This document shows, piece by piece, positions 30,836 to 40,217 of a stretch of 63,429 nucleotides of DNA. Under the pieces are notes generated by a model. That model had not been told where the DNA came from. It did not search any database and saw nothing but the letters and a program-made list of their open reading frames with translations. Source of the DNA: Candidatus Woesearchaeota archaeon (lineage in GTDB: Archaea > Nanobdellota > Nanobdellia > Woesearchaeales > JAGVZT01); assembly GCA_043812815.1 (NCBI GenBank), contig JBDRLT010000015.1:1-63429 (forward strand). Reading direction: 5' to 3'. A program made the translations under genes and the position numbers. How positions within the stretch are numbered: position 1 is the first letter of the stretch; every line of letters begins with the position of its first letter.

Positions 30836-31873
30836 ATGGATTCTGTTGAGAGTTTTATCTGGCTTAAGCGAAGAAAGCTGTTTGAGAGCTGCAGGAGATA
30901 TGCACCAAGGCTCAAGGTTGTTTTTGCTGAGTGCCTGAAGCCAGAGGATGATGTGCTTATTATTGGGGATAAAGGATTTTTGGGAAGGGAGATTGCTCCT
31001 GTTTATTGCGGGGGGTGTTTTCTTGCTGCGCGCAGCCTTAATTTTAATGTGAAGCTGGTGCTGCAAAATGATGACACTGAGGTTTGCCGGGCGCTTGAGC
31101 AGCTGCGGCCAGGGGGTGTTGTAGTGCTTGGCCTGAGTGAGCGGCTTGGGAGAATCAACAACAAGAGTTTCAGGCGGTTTTGCCAGGAGCGCAGATTGCG
31201 CTTTGCTTCTACTCCTAGCCTGGGGGCTTTGGCCACTAATAAGATTAATGTTCTGGTTGATGCGATTAATGTGGATTACAAGCAGGAGCTTTATGTGCAT
31301 GGGCTGGTCAAGAGGATGCTTGATTATGGGGAGCATGTGCACATTACCACTAAGGCTGGGACTAATCTGCATGTTGGGATTAAGGGATGCATGGCTGTGA
31401 GTTCTGCTGGTGTGTATTTGAAAGAGGGCGAAGGGGGTAATCTGCCAGGCGGTGAGGTGTTTATTGCGCCTGCGAAAAAGCAGGTGGAGGGCAGGGTGGT
31501 TGTGGATGCAAGTTCAAGGAATAGGGATACGACTGTGCTTGTTAAAAAGCCAATTATTATTGACATTGAGAATGGCGAAGTGGTGCGGATTGAGGGTAAG
31601 GAGGCTGATCTGCTCAGGAAAAGCATTGAGGATGCTGAGAGGACAGGGAAGCCTGATTGGGGTGTTAGAAGAGTGGGCGAGCTTGGTATTGGTCTTAATC
31701 CTAAGGCTAAATTATCCGGGTCGATGATTATTGATGAAAAGGTTAGCAAGACTGCGCATATTGCGATTGGCTCTAATAATTGGTTTGGCGGAGGGGTTTG
31801 GGCTTCTATTCATTTGGATCAGGTGTTTAAGAATCCGAAGATTAAGGTGGATGGGAGAGAGATTAAGGTTTAA
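30836..31873 (+). CDS. M29 (AmpS/PepS-type) aminopeptidase
   Basis: GNLPGGEVFIAP, ELGIGLNP and HIAIG motifs. ATG at 30836 lies 22 nt after TTTAATAA at 30806-30813. Confidence 0.8.
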   Translation: MDSVESFIWLKRRKLFESCRRYAPRLKVVFAECLKPEDDVLIIGDKGFLGREIAPVYCGGCFLAARSLNFNVKLVLQNDDTEVCRALEQLRPGGVVVLGLSERLGRINNKSFRRFCQERRLRFASTPSLGALATNKINVLVDAINVDYKQELYVHGLVKRMLDYGEHVHITTKAGTNLHVGIKGCMAVSSAGVYLKEGEGGNLPGGEVFIAPAKKQVEGRVVVDASSRNRDTTVLVKKPIIIDIENGEVVRIEGKEADLLRKSIEDAERTGKPDWGVRRVGELGIGLNPKAKLSGSMIIDEKVSKTAHIAIGSNNWFGGGVWASIHLDQVFKNPKIKVDGREIKV

Positions 31874-32571
31874 TGATAAAAGTGATAGTTCTCCTTAAAT
31901 CCTGCAACGTTGTCTGCTCGTTTTGCTCGGTGGTATGAAGCTAGCACATTAATAACTTCTGGTCGTCCTTTAGCCTTAACCATATCAACTTTCAGCCCGG
32001 TTTCATCCCTTATTTTATCTAGCCCAGTATAAAGTTCTTTCTCTTCTGCTTGATCCAAGTATCCTTTTGCATAGAGCCCTTCATATTTTTCACTTATTGC
32101 CTCTGTGAACTGGTTCCAAATCCCTGCATCAAACCCTTTTTCAACTGCATGCCTTTCAAGATTCTCGACATCAAAACCCAAATTGGTGACAACCCATTTC
32201 ATCATTTCAATTGTCCTATCTGCCTCTGCTTTTTTATCCTCATCTACTTCATCACTGTATCTGGTTTCAACAGCCTTTTCAAACGTTTCAGCTAGATCGG
32301 GACTATGTTTTTTAAGAACATATGCTGCCATCTTGTGGATAAGCTGGTATGCATGCTCAGGTTTAAGCATATAATGCTTCTTTTGCATTAAATCAAGTTT
32401 TTCATCCCAAGGTCGCGCACCCCATGCTTCTCTGTCTTCTTCACTTAATGTTTGAGGGAAAAATTCCATGAGTAACATTATCCTTCCATCTATCACATTT
32501 TGTTGGAGTTTTCTTCCATTCTGCGCATGTGCAGGATCTATCGCCTTAGCAAGTAAATCGTCTAGTGACAT
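31870..32571 (-). CDS. hypothetical protein (ORFan)
   Basis: 233 aa, acidic and helical. No motif recognised. Confidence 0.55.
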   Translation of the reverse strand: MSLDDLLAKAIDPAHAQNGRKLQQNVIDGRIMLLMEFFPQTLSEEDREAWGARPWDEKLDLMQKKHYMLKPEHAYQLIHKMAAYVLKKHSPDLAETFEKAVETRYSDEVDEDKKAEADRTIEMMKWVVTNLGFDVENLERHAVEKGFDAGIWNQFTEAISEKYEGLYAKGYLDQAEEKELYTGLDKIRDETGLKVDMVKAKGRPEVINVLASYHRAKRADNVAGFKENYHFYH

Positions 32572-32639
32572 TTTATCTCACCCATATTGTTTATTAGTTT
32601 GATTTTAGATTGTGAACCCAAATTATAAGTCTTTTGGTT

Positions 32640-33419
32640 TTAAAAGATCTCTGAAACCAATTTTGCTGCCATTTGAACAGTAATTTGACTTGGGTCTTTT
32701 AAAGGATTCACTTCCACCAAGTCATATGCCTGGATGTTCTTGAGGTTTTTAAGCCTGTGCAGCATATAAAGGAACTGCCTTGTTGTAAGGCCGCCTGGCT
32801 CTGGGTAGCCTGTGGCAGGGGCAAAAGCAGGGTCCAGGACATCTATGTCTATAGAAACATAGCATGCTCCGAAGGTTCTGGCTACTGACATGATGGCATC
32901 TGTGGACTCTTGCAGCCCTTCTGTTTGCAGTTCCTGCATGCTGAAATACTTGATTTTGTGCTGTTTTAGGAATTGCATTTCTAGAGGATGCCAGCTTCTC
33001 ACACCGATTAAGATTAAATTATTTGGACTCAAATGACCTTGTTCTATGAGTGTCCTTAGATAGTCTTCGTGCGTAGGGGGCTCGAAATTGTGCATGAGGT
33101 CTGGGTGGGCATCAAACACTACAATGCCTGCGTTCTTGAATTTTTTCGAGAATGCCCTGAACGCAGGATAAGTTATTGAGTGGTCTCCTCCAAGGATAAT
33201 TGGCCTGTCATCTAGCTGCGTGATATGATCGAAGATGTTTTGGTTGGTTTCCTCGATATTTGAGGGATTAACTTTAACTGTCTGAATACTATATTCTGGC
33301 TTGATGCCTGACTCGTTTAAGTGAATTTGCTTAAGCTGTTCGATTATTGCATCTGGGGCAAGCTCAGTACCTTCTGTCTTGCCTAAGCCGTTTTTAGCCG
33401 GGATTTTGATTAGTTTCAT
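32640..33419 (-). CDS. speB: agmatinase/arginase-family ureohydrolase
   Basis: GGDHS, DAHPD and SIDIDVLDP metal-binding motifs. ATG at 33419 (MKLIKIP). Confidence 0.9.
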   Translation of the reverse strand: MKLIKIPAKNGLGKTEGTELAPDAIIEQLKQIHLNESGIKPEYSIQTVKVNPSNIEETNQNIFDHITQLDDRPIILGGDHSITYPAFRAFSKKFKNAGIVVFDAHPDLMHNFEPPTHEDYLRTLIEQGHLSPNNLILIGVRSWHPLEMQFLKQHKIKYFSMQELQTEGLQESTDAIMSVARTFGACYVSIDIDVLDPAFAPATGYPEPGGLTTRQFLYMLHRLKNLKNIQAYDLVEVNPLKDPSQITVQMAAKLVSEIF

Positions 33420-33783
33420 GGAAATCCTCCAATATTTCACGAGTGTTGAACCCTAAAGGGAGATTGAGAGTAGAATTTTGTTCAAAGAATCTCATCTCTG
33501 AGCCTTCATGGAGTGTAAGTTGTCCAACAGACACTGGTTCATCTACAATGTATATGGCACACATAATACCCTTATAACTGTATTTTCCAAAAAAAGTGGC
33601 TGATTTGATTTTGTAGTTTAGTTCCTCTTCTATTTCACGAAGAAGAGCCTGCTTTTCTGTCTCTGCTTTTTCAACGCTACCACCAAAGAGAACCCATTTG
33701 TCTTTTTCAGGTTCTTGATCTCTCCTTTGTAAGAGTATTCTTCCCTGGGCATCTTTGATAATTACTGAAACCTTGACTTCCAT
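33394..33783 (-). CDS. Nudix hydrolase
   Basis: GGSVEKAETEKQALLREIEEELN Nudix box. ATG at 33783; the listed ORF start further upstream looks spurious. Confidence 0.8.
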   Translation of the reverse strand: MEVKVSVIIKDAQGRILLQRRDQEPEKDKWVLFGGSVEKAETEKQALLREIEEELNYKIKSATFFGKYSYKGIMCAIYIVDEPVSVGQLTLHEGSEMRFFEQNSTLNLPLGFNTREILEDFHETNQNPG

Positions 33784-33834
33784 AGTGGAAAGTAAAGGAA
33801 AAGGTATATAAATATTGTATGTTTTGGATGGTTT

Positions 33835-34185
33835 ATGGGCAAAGAATGGAAGCAGGTTATTCTGGTTAGAATGGATTTGAAAATGCCAAAGGGTAAGCTG
33901 GCTGCGCAGGTTGGGCATGCCTCGGTGGGTGCTATGCTTGAGTCACCAAAGGATGTTGTAAAAGAATGGCTGGGGAGCGGTGGTAAAAAGGTTGTCTTGA
34001 AAGTTAAGGACGAGGCTGAGCTGCTCAGTTTTGAAAAGCTGGCTAGAAGGGAGAAGTTAAAAACTGCTTTGATTCAGGATGCTGGCCATACTGTTTTGGA
34101 ACCAGGCACTATTACCTGTTTGGGAATTGGGCCTGATGCTGAGGAGAAAATTGACAAGGTGACTGGAAGATTAAAGATGCTTTGA
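33835..34185 (+). CDS. pth2: peptidyl-tRNA hydrolase, archaeal Pth2 type
   Basis: KQVILVRMDLKMPKGKLAAQVGHASV and TVLEPGTITCLGIGP; 116 aa. Confidence 0.92.
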   Translation: MGKEWKQVILVRMDLKMPKGKLAAQVGHASVGAMLESPKDVVKEWLGSGGKKVVLKVKDEAELLSFEKLARREKLKTALIQDAGHTVLEPGTITCLGIGPDAEEKIDKVTGRLKML

Positions 34186-34601
34186 TTGCTAAACTGAGTG
34201 TTGGACTACTAATTCTAGACCAGCTGGCGAAATATGTTATTAGAGCATCTATGGGTTTTGGTGAGTCAGTTCCGATTATTAGGAACAGTTTTCATATAAC
34301 TCTTGTGCAGAATACTGGGGCTATTTTTGGGATGTTTAGAGGGCAGAATATGGTTTTTGTCTGGCTGAGTGTTATGGCGATTGGACTGTTATTGTATGAA
34401 TGGGAGAGGTTTCCAAAAGGAAGGGTGTGTCAGTTTTTGCTGGTGTTGATAGTTACTGGTCTGGTGAGCAATCTTATTGATAGGGTTTTGTTTGGGTTTG
34501 TAACTGATTTTTTGGATTTTAGGGTGTGGCCTGTGTTTAATTTTGCTGACGCTATGGTGAGTGTGGGGGTTGCCGGATTGGTTGTTAAATGTCTAAAATG
34601 A
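34182..34601 (+). CDS. lspA: lipoprotein signal peptidase II
   Basis: NTGAIFG and FNFADAMVSVGV catalytic-Asp motifs, 4 TM. TTG start overlaps the pth2 stop. Confidence 0.85.
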   Translation: MIAKLSVGLLILDQLAKYVIRASMGFGESVPIIRNSFHITLVQNTGAIFGMFRGQNMVFVWLSVMAIGLLLYEWERFPKGRVCQFLLVLIVTGLVSNLIDRVLFGFVTDFLDFRVWPVFNFADAMVSVGVAGLVVKCLK

Positions 34602-35086
34602 AAGAATATATTGATGCTGTGAATGAAAAGGATGAGGTAATTGAGAAGGTTGCAAAATCTGAGATTTACAGCAGGCATTTGAATCACAGGATTGTCCATA
34701 TTATGATTTTTAATGGCAAGGGTGAGCTTGCTTTGCAGCTGCGAAGTGCCAAGGTGGATTTTTGCCCTGGACATTGGTCAACTCCTGTTGGCGGCAGGGT
34801 TCAGAGCGGAGAGAGTTATTTGCAAGCTGCACTTAGAGAATGCAAAGAGGAACTGGGGGTTGAGATTCCGATTGAATTGGATTTTAAGGCTGTTTATCAT
34901 GATCCTCGATGTATGGTGATGTTCCAGTCAGTGTTTAAAGCAGTGTACAACGGGCCTTTCAAGGTTGACAAAAATGTTGTGCAGCGGGTTGAATTTTTCA
35001 CCTTTGGCAAAATTGAAGAGATGATTGCTGCGGGTGAGAAATTTCATCCTGAGTTGCTGGTTTTGCTTAAACATTATTTAAAGTGA
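34589..35086 (+). CDS. Nudix hydrolase (IDI-like subfamily)
   Basis: HRIVHIMIFNGKGELALQLRS...GGRVQSGESYLQAALRECKEELGV. Overlaps the lspA end by 13 nt. Confidence 0.8.
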   Translation: MSKMKEYIDAVNEKDEVIEKVAKSEIYSRHLNHRIVHIMIFNGKGELALQLRSAKVDFCPGHWSTPVGGRVQSGESYLQAALRECKEELGVEIPIELDFKAVYHDPRCMVMFQSVFKAVYNGPFKVDKNVVQRVEFFTFGKIEEMIAAGEKFHPELLVLLKHYLK

Positions 35087-35825
35087 GAGAAATTGGGCAA
35101 TGGTCTGAGCCCTCGATTTCTTTGAGGATTGCGCTGCTCTTCAGATTTTTTCTGAGGGCTTTGCTGATGATGAAATAATCTATGCGCCAACCGATGTTTC
35201 TTGCACGAGCATTGAAGCGGTAGGTCCACCAGGTGTAATTGCCTGCTTCTTGGGTGAATTCTCTAAAGCTGTCGATGTAGCCTTGGTTGATGAATGCAGC
35301 AAACCATTCTCTTTCTTGTGGTGTGAAGCCTGCATTTTTCATGTTTTGCTTTGGGTTTGCGAGGTCGATGTCTTTGTGTGCAACGTTAAAGTCAGAGGCT
35401 ATGACAATTGGTTTTTTCAAAGTTTTGCAGTAATCAAGGAATGCGCTGTTGAATTCGAGTTTAAATTTGAGCCTGCTTAGGTCGCGGCTCGAGTGGGGGA
35501 AGTAAGCGTTTATCAGATAGAATTTTTCGAGTTCAAAAGTCATGACTCGGCCTTCGTCATCGAATTTTTTTATGTTTATACCTCTTGTTATAGATAGGGG
35601 TTTGATTTTTGAATAGATGGCTGTGCCGCTATAGCCTGGCTTTTTTGCAAAGTAGAAATAAGACTGATAGCCAGGAATATACCTTATTTTAGGGTCGAGT
35701 TTTGTGTCTGATGATTTGACTTCCTGGAAGCAGTAAATGTCAGCATTTTGCTTTAGAATGAAATCGCGGAGTCCTTGTCTGGTTGCTGCATGGATGCCAT
35801 TGACATTCCAGGAGATGATTTGCAT
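35067..35825 (-). CDS. xth: exodeoxyribonuclease III
   Basis: MQIISWNVNGI, CFQEVK and GSDHCP motifs of the EEP/ExoIII family. Confidence 0.92.
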   Translation of the reverse strand: MQIISWNVNGIHAATRQGLRDFILKQNADIYCFQEVKSSDTKLDPKIRYIPGYQSYFYFAKKPGYSGTAIYSKIKPLSITRGINIKKFDDEGRVMTFELEKFYLINAYFPHSSRDLSRLKFKLEFNSAFLDYCKTLKKPIVIASDFNVAHKDIDLANPKQNMKNAGFTPQEREWFAAFINQGYIDSFREFTQEAGNYTWWTYRFNARARNIGWRIDYFIISKALRKNLKSSAILKEIEGSDHCPISLTLNNV

Positions 35826-35857
35826 AATACTTAGATAGTAGGGTTTCTATTTAATTT

Positions 35858-36820
35858 TTATGAATAGAGTAACGAAACTAAACGATCAGGACTTCTTTGG
35901 ACAGTTCGGATTTCACCTGCGGCAATGAGTTTCCCACTTGCGCCATTGGCACTTTCAAGTAAGCGGGTATATGCTTCCACAGCTTTTTCCCAGCCAGGTA
36001 TCGTGAAAATGGGTAGAGGAGCAAAAGCAACTTCTCCGCTGTCTTCAACTTGCTGTAAAGCAGTTTCAATATCATTACCTTCATAACTCGCAACCATAAA
36101 CGCTTTTGCGAGATCAATGGTTTGCTGAGTATCATAAGGCTGGGCATAATGAGCCAAACGGGTTGGTAGTGTCACAAGATGGTTGCCAAGCAGTGCTAAA
36201 CCCCCATGGCTATTACGAGTAACTGAGCGTACTTCCCAGCCTGTTTCTTTCAAGTACCTGATTAAAGTATTAACATCTCCGGGAGTGTCTGAGGTAACAG
36301 GGATGTAAAACGTGCCTGGAACCGCTACAGGTTCTGAAAGCTCAGTTGTTCTGGCTGATTCACATACATCAGCCCATCCCTGGAGGTCAAATCTTTGGAC
36401 TGCGTATGCTTTATGATCCATAATTGATTCAAGTAGGGATTGGACCTGTTCTGCATCATCAACTGCAACTGAGCACAAACCTGCAACAACACCATATTTA
36501 AAGAAGGTTTCTTGCATACTATTCGCAACTATCGTAGGCAAGAGTGACATAAGCATATTCACCCTTGTGGCAAGCTCTTCTCGCTGGAAATCCCTTGTCC
36601 AAATGCCAAATGCTGGATTACCAATTGCTGCCAACACCCCTTCAATTTGAGGGCCTACTTTAGGGAGAGTACCAAAAACTAATTGACCTTCAACTGGAGA
36701 TAATGACGTGTTTGCTCTTTCTGCCCATAATCTCAAGGACAATATTTCAGATGCTAATGGATTCCCTTTCATTTTAGTTGTGCTTTGACCTCTTGATGAG
36801 GGATGTTTTGCTATAATCAT
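35858..36820 (-). CDS. hypothetical protein (ORFan)
   Basis: 320 aa, non-repetitive globular-looking sequence. No motif recognised. Confidence 0.6.
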   Translation of the reverse strand: MIIAKHPSSRGQSTTKMKGNPLASEILSLRLWAERANTSLSPVEGQLVFGTLPKVGPQIEGVLAAIGNPAFGIWTRDFQREELATRVNMLMSLLPTIVANSMQETFFKYGVVAGLCSVAVDDAEQVQSLLESIMDHKAYAVQRFDLQGWADVCESARTTELSEPVAVPGTFYIPVTSDTPGDVNTLIRYLKETGWEVRSVTRNSHGGLALLGNHLVTLPTRLAHYAQPYDTQQTIDLAKAFMVASYEGNDIETALQQVEDSGEVAFAPLPIFTIPGWEKAVEAYTRLLESANGASGKLIAAGEIRTVQRSPDRLVSLLYS

Positions 36821-36906
36821 CCTCTATGGCTTAGAGTGATTTTCTTTGCAAGCAAGTTGTTTAGCGGAGAACCGTTTCCGTCCTGGCTTACCTTTTTAAC
36901 CTTCTC

Positions 36907-37671
36907 TTACCATCCGTGTTTGGTAATTGCTCTATTTAGTGCTGGATCCACCCTAAATGGCACTGCAAAGCCCACATAGTCCAGTCCACAGAGTTGTTCT
37001 AATTGCATATCAACTTTTGCAGGATCAAATTGTACCTGAAGAACATAAGGAGAATGTAGTAAATCTGCTCTCTGCATTGGCGGTTTTTGCCATTCATTCA
37101 GTATTGTCGGAGCCATGTGGGTGAGTAATGGAACGCCTCCATTGTGCAAGTATGCTCCAAATTCAGTACTATATCCCATATCTGCCAATGAGGTAACATG
37201 GCGGGGGATTTCATCGGGGGTCAAACCAATTAAAGCTAAGTCATCTGTAGGAAGGATTTCACCCGGTCGATAATATCTGACTATTGCTTTTAATGTAGCT
37301 TCTTTGATGACTGCCTCTGCCATCTGTACCAAACCATTATTACTTAATACTTCAATAGCTTCTGCTAGATCCCTGTTTTTCCTTCTTTTGTAGCCAACTT
37401 CCAATATGAAGAGCGAGTCATATTGGGGCACCCTTCTATTTGGCGGAGCCCAAGCTTGTCTAATCGTAGGCAGAATTGAAAGAAAATCCTTAATATCTGT
37501 AAAAGGAGTCACTGCTCTTACAATTCTCAACTCGAGTGAGTCTAGAACTCCCTCGATAATATTTAGATCAGCACGACTATTGACGCCAACCAGTAAAGTT
37601 GTACCTTCCTCCAGAGTCTCTCCAATAATCCCAAAATCTACTCCTCCAGGAATGAAATATTGTTTTGACAT
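36907..37671 (-). CDS. hypothetical protein (ORFan)
   Basis: ATG at 37671 (MSKQYFIPGG) lies 8 nt after the upstream stop; the listed TTG start at 37689 is less likely. Confidence 0.6.
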   Translation of the reverse strand: MSKQYFIPGGVDFGIIGETLEEGTTLLVGVNSRADLNIIEGVLDSLELRIVRAVTPFTDIKDFLSILPTIRQAWAPPNRRVPQYDSLFILEVGYKRRKNRDLAEAIEVLSNNGLVQMAEAVIKEATLKAIVRYYRPGEILPTDDLALIGLTPDEIPRHVTSLADMGYSTEFGAYLHNGGVPLLTHMAPTILNEWQKPPMQRADLLHSPYVLQVQFDPAKVDMQLEQLCGLDYVGFAVPFRVDPALNRAITKHGW

Positions 37672-37679
37672 AAAATACC

Positions 37680-38195
37680 CTAAATGCAATTGTGTTTTTT
37701 ATAGCCTTTTGATTGGGCTTGCTGGGTTGAATCAAACCAGACTCTGTTGGCTTGAGGGATTTTCTTGGCCCACATGCAGGTTGGAGAATGGAAGACTGCA
37801 CCTTGTTTTGATGCAATATATTTGCCTGGGCTGTAGGTTTTCTCTACCTGCCTGACAGGCAGTTGCTGCATGTACTGCTCGAGTTTCTGCTGGTATTCGT
37901 GTTTTTTAGGTTGGTGTGCCAGCCAGAAAACCACAAGGCTGAGGATAAATGGGATGAAGATAATTATGCCGAATTTTGTGAAGAGGTATACTGAGTTGAG
38001 GATGTTGATGATTGCAAGCATTCTGATAAGGCTGGTAAAACCTTTCTTATTTATGGTAATCACAGCCAGAAGCACAGTGATAAGTGATACTGCCAGAATT
38101 GCCAGTTCAACTGGGATTATGCTTGTGCGGAGCATTAGGAGTAGCTCGAACACATTGATGATTGTAAGCAGCACAATTGCCAATAACCCCTTCAT
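37680..38195 (-). CDS. membrane protein with C-terminal Ada-like zinc-binding motif
   Basis: Four N-terminal TM helices. C-terminal AVFHSPTCMWAKKIPQANRVWFDSTQQAQSKGYKKHNC. Confidence 0.65.
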   Translation of the reverse strand: MKGLLAIVLLTIINVFELLLMLRTSIIPVELAILAVSLITVLLAVITINKKGFTSLIRMLAIINILNSVYLFTKFGIIIFIPFILSLVVFWLAHQPKKHEYQQKLEQYMQQLPVRQVEKTYSPGKYIASKQGAVFHSPTCMWAKKIPQANRVWFDSTQQAQSKGYKKHNCI

Positions 38196-38244
38196 AGGCT
38201 GTAATATTGGTGTAGAATATATAAAGTTTTTTATTCTGAAGTGG

Positions 38245-38589
38245 TTAAAACTCCTCAGATTCCTCTAGTTTCTTGAGCATTCCCCTCTTTTTCAGAAAGT
38301 CTATTTGCGAGGGCCGGTATTTGAAGACAACATCCCCTTTTTCATCGCCGCCAAGTTCCCATGGCTCGACAAGCACGATGTCTGCTGGCCTTACCCAGAG
38401 CCTTCTTTTGAGTCTGCCTGGGATTCTGCACACCCTTTTTTTGCCATCAAGGCAGCGCACCTTCATTCTTGAGCCGCCAAGGCGCTGCTCCACAATGCCA
38501 AGGCATTGTGTGCCTCTCGGAAGTTTGACATGCCTGATTTCTTCCTCGATTCGCTCTCTCTCTTCTTGCTCTTGTTTCTTTTGGCTCAT
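38245..38589 (-). CDS. eif1a: translation initiation factor aIF-1A
   Basis: S1/OB core GIVEQRLGGSRMKVRCLDGKKRVCRIPGRLKRRLWV...GDVVFKY. Confidence 0.93.
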   Translation of the reverse strand: MSQKKQEQEERERIEEEIRHVKLPRGTQCLGIVEQRLGGSRMKVRCLDGKKRVCRIPGRLKRRLWVRPADIVLVEPWELGGDEKGDVVFKYRPSQIDFLKKRGMLKKLEESEEF

Positions 38590-38636
38590 TGAGGCAATGT
38601 ACTGCCGGGCATTATTTAAGTGTTTTGGAAAAAGGA

Positions 38637-38644
38637 TTAAATAA
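38637..38644 (+). promoter_or_regulatory. TATA box (leaderless TYW1)
   Basis: TTAAATAA, 21 nt upstream of the ATG at 38666. Confidence 0.45.
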
Positions 38645-38665
38645 AGAGCTCATTCCACTGTTTTT

Positions 38666-39652
38666 ATGGATGAAAAGCTGAAGGAGCTGTTACAGAAACA
38701 GCATTATGCTTTGGTTGGCAAGCACTCTGCTGTCAAGCTGTGCAGATGGACCAAAAAGAGTTTAGAGGATGAAGGCTTCTGCTACAAACAGCAGTTTTAC
38801 GGGATAAGGAGCCATTTGTGCTGCCAGATGACGCCTGCACTTGGTTATTGCCAGAACAATTGTGTGTACTGCTGGAGGATAGCCAGACATGCTATTAAAA
38901 AATTAGATCAAGCAGATGCACCTGATGTTTTGTTTACTGGTTGTGTTGAGGCTCAGCAGAGGTTGATCAGTGGTTTTGGTGGGACACATAAGTCAAACAA
39001 GGAGAAGTGGAAGGCTGCATACCAGCCAGAGCATTTTGCCATCTCTTTGTCTGGCGAGCCCACAATGTATCCGAGGCTGAGTGAGTTTATCAGGGTGTTA
39101 AAGCTGAAAAAAAAGACTAGCTTTTTGGTTTCAAATGGGATGCTGCCTGAGGTTTTGGCAAAGATTGAGATGCCTACCCAGCTCTATGTTTCTTTGAGCG
39201 CGCCTGCTGAAGCACTTTTCAAAAAAATCAATCAGCCAATGCTAGCTGATGGGTGGCAAAGGTTGAACAAATCATTGGCTGTTTTGCATGATCTGAGGAT
39301 GAGCACAAGGACGACTCTGAGAGCAACGCTGATTAAGGGTTTGAATATGGTTGATGCTGACAAGTGGGCTGAGTTGGTTGAGATTGCCCAGCCAAAATTT
39401 TTGGAAATGAAAGCTTATATGTATGTTGGCGCTTCAAGGGAGAATCTAGCCTTGGAGAATATGCCTTTGCATAATGAGGTTAAGGGCTTTGCTGAGGAGG
39501 TTGAGGCTGTTTCTAGGTATAAGATTATTGCTGAGAAGCCAGAGTCAAGGGTTGTGCTGATGATGGAGAAGGATAGTAAAGACAGAATGTTAGCACTTCA
39601 AGATGGTAAAATACTTATAGGAAATGGTTTTTCTTGCTGTCATGGCAAGTGA
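38666..39652 (+). CDS. taw1: tRNA wybutosine-synthesizing radical SAM enzyme TYW1/Taw1
   Basis: Radical SAM CQNNCVYC cluster plus upstream Cys (CRWTKK, FCYKQ). Archaeal/eukaryotic family. Confidence 0.88.
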   Translation: MDEKLKELLQKQHYALVGKHSAVKLCRWTKKSLEDEGFCYKQQFYGIRSHLCCQMTPALGYCQNNCVYCWRIARHAIKKLDQADAPDVLFTGCVEAQQRLISGFGGTHKSNKEKWKAAYQPEHFAISLSGEPTMYPRLSEFIRVLKLKKKTSFLVSNGMLPEVLAKIEMPTQLYVSLSAPAEALFKKINQPMLADGWQRLNKSLAVLHDLRMSTRTTLRATLIKGLNMVDADKWAELVEIAQPKFLEMKAYMYVGASRENLALENMPLHNEVKGFAEEVEAVSRYKIIAEKPESRVVLMMEKDSKDRMLALQDGKILIGNGFSCCHGK

Positions 39653-40217
39653 GCCAATTGGCTGGGAAGATATTGATTGGAAAACTCTTGACTGGGATGT
39701 TGCATTCCCCAGAATTTATGGTGATTTGTGCAAATATGCTTACCATCGCCTGAATAATACACCGATAGTGGAGGATTTGGTTTCAGGGGTTCTGGTCAGC
39801 TATTTGGAAAGGCGTTTGCTTATTGAAGAGGGAAAAGCTGCGCTAATAGAAAACCACCGAGCTTATTTGTATAGATCTGTGACTCATGCGGTTATTGATT
39901 ATTTCAGAGCCTCCCGGACTATAGTGAATATTGAAGCTATGAAAATTGGGGAACCATGGGTACTTGAGGATCGTGTGATATCTGCTGTTGACGCTGAAAC
40001 TATCCTAAGGGATGCAAATGGGATAGTTACTCCCTATCAACTCCTGACATTCATGTTGTATGTTTCATTTGAACCAGGGGAAACTACTGAGAAAGGAAGG
40101 GGTGCAGCGGCTTTGGCTGCTAAGGAACTAGGAATATCTGAGGAATCTGTCAAATCGAGGGTACATAGGGCAAGGCAAAACTTTGCCAGGATTTTATCCG
40201 CTGAAAATTATTTGTAA
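39642..40217 (+). CDS. ECF-type sigma-70 family-like protein
   Basis: Region-2-like IVEDLVSGVLVSYLER...AYLYRSVTHAVIDYFRASR. Region-4.2-like HTH AAKELGISEESVKSRVHRARQNFARIL. Overlaps the taw1 stop. Confidence 0.7.
   Translation: MASEPIGWEDIDWKTLDWDVAFPRIYGDLCKYAYHRLNNTPIVEDLVSGVLVSYLERRLLIEEGKAALIENHRAYLYRSVTHAVIDYFRASRTIVNIEAMKIGEPWVLEDRVISAVDAETILRDANGIVTPYQLLTFMLYVSFEPGETTEKGRGAAALAAKELGISEESVKSRVHRARQNFARILSAENYL

Noticed and set aside
30362-31372. 336-aa ORF antisense to the SprT-like and M29 aminopeptidase genes
   Set aside because: The sequence is low-complexity and P/L/Q/K-rich with no motif, while the sense strand carries clear HExxH and M29 motifs. The same reasoning applies to the antisense ORFs 45971-46699, 58386-59021, 20862-21422, 22895-23386 and 37406-37855.
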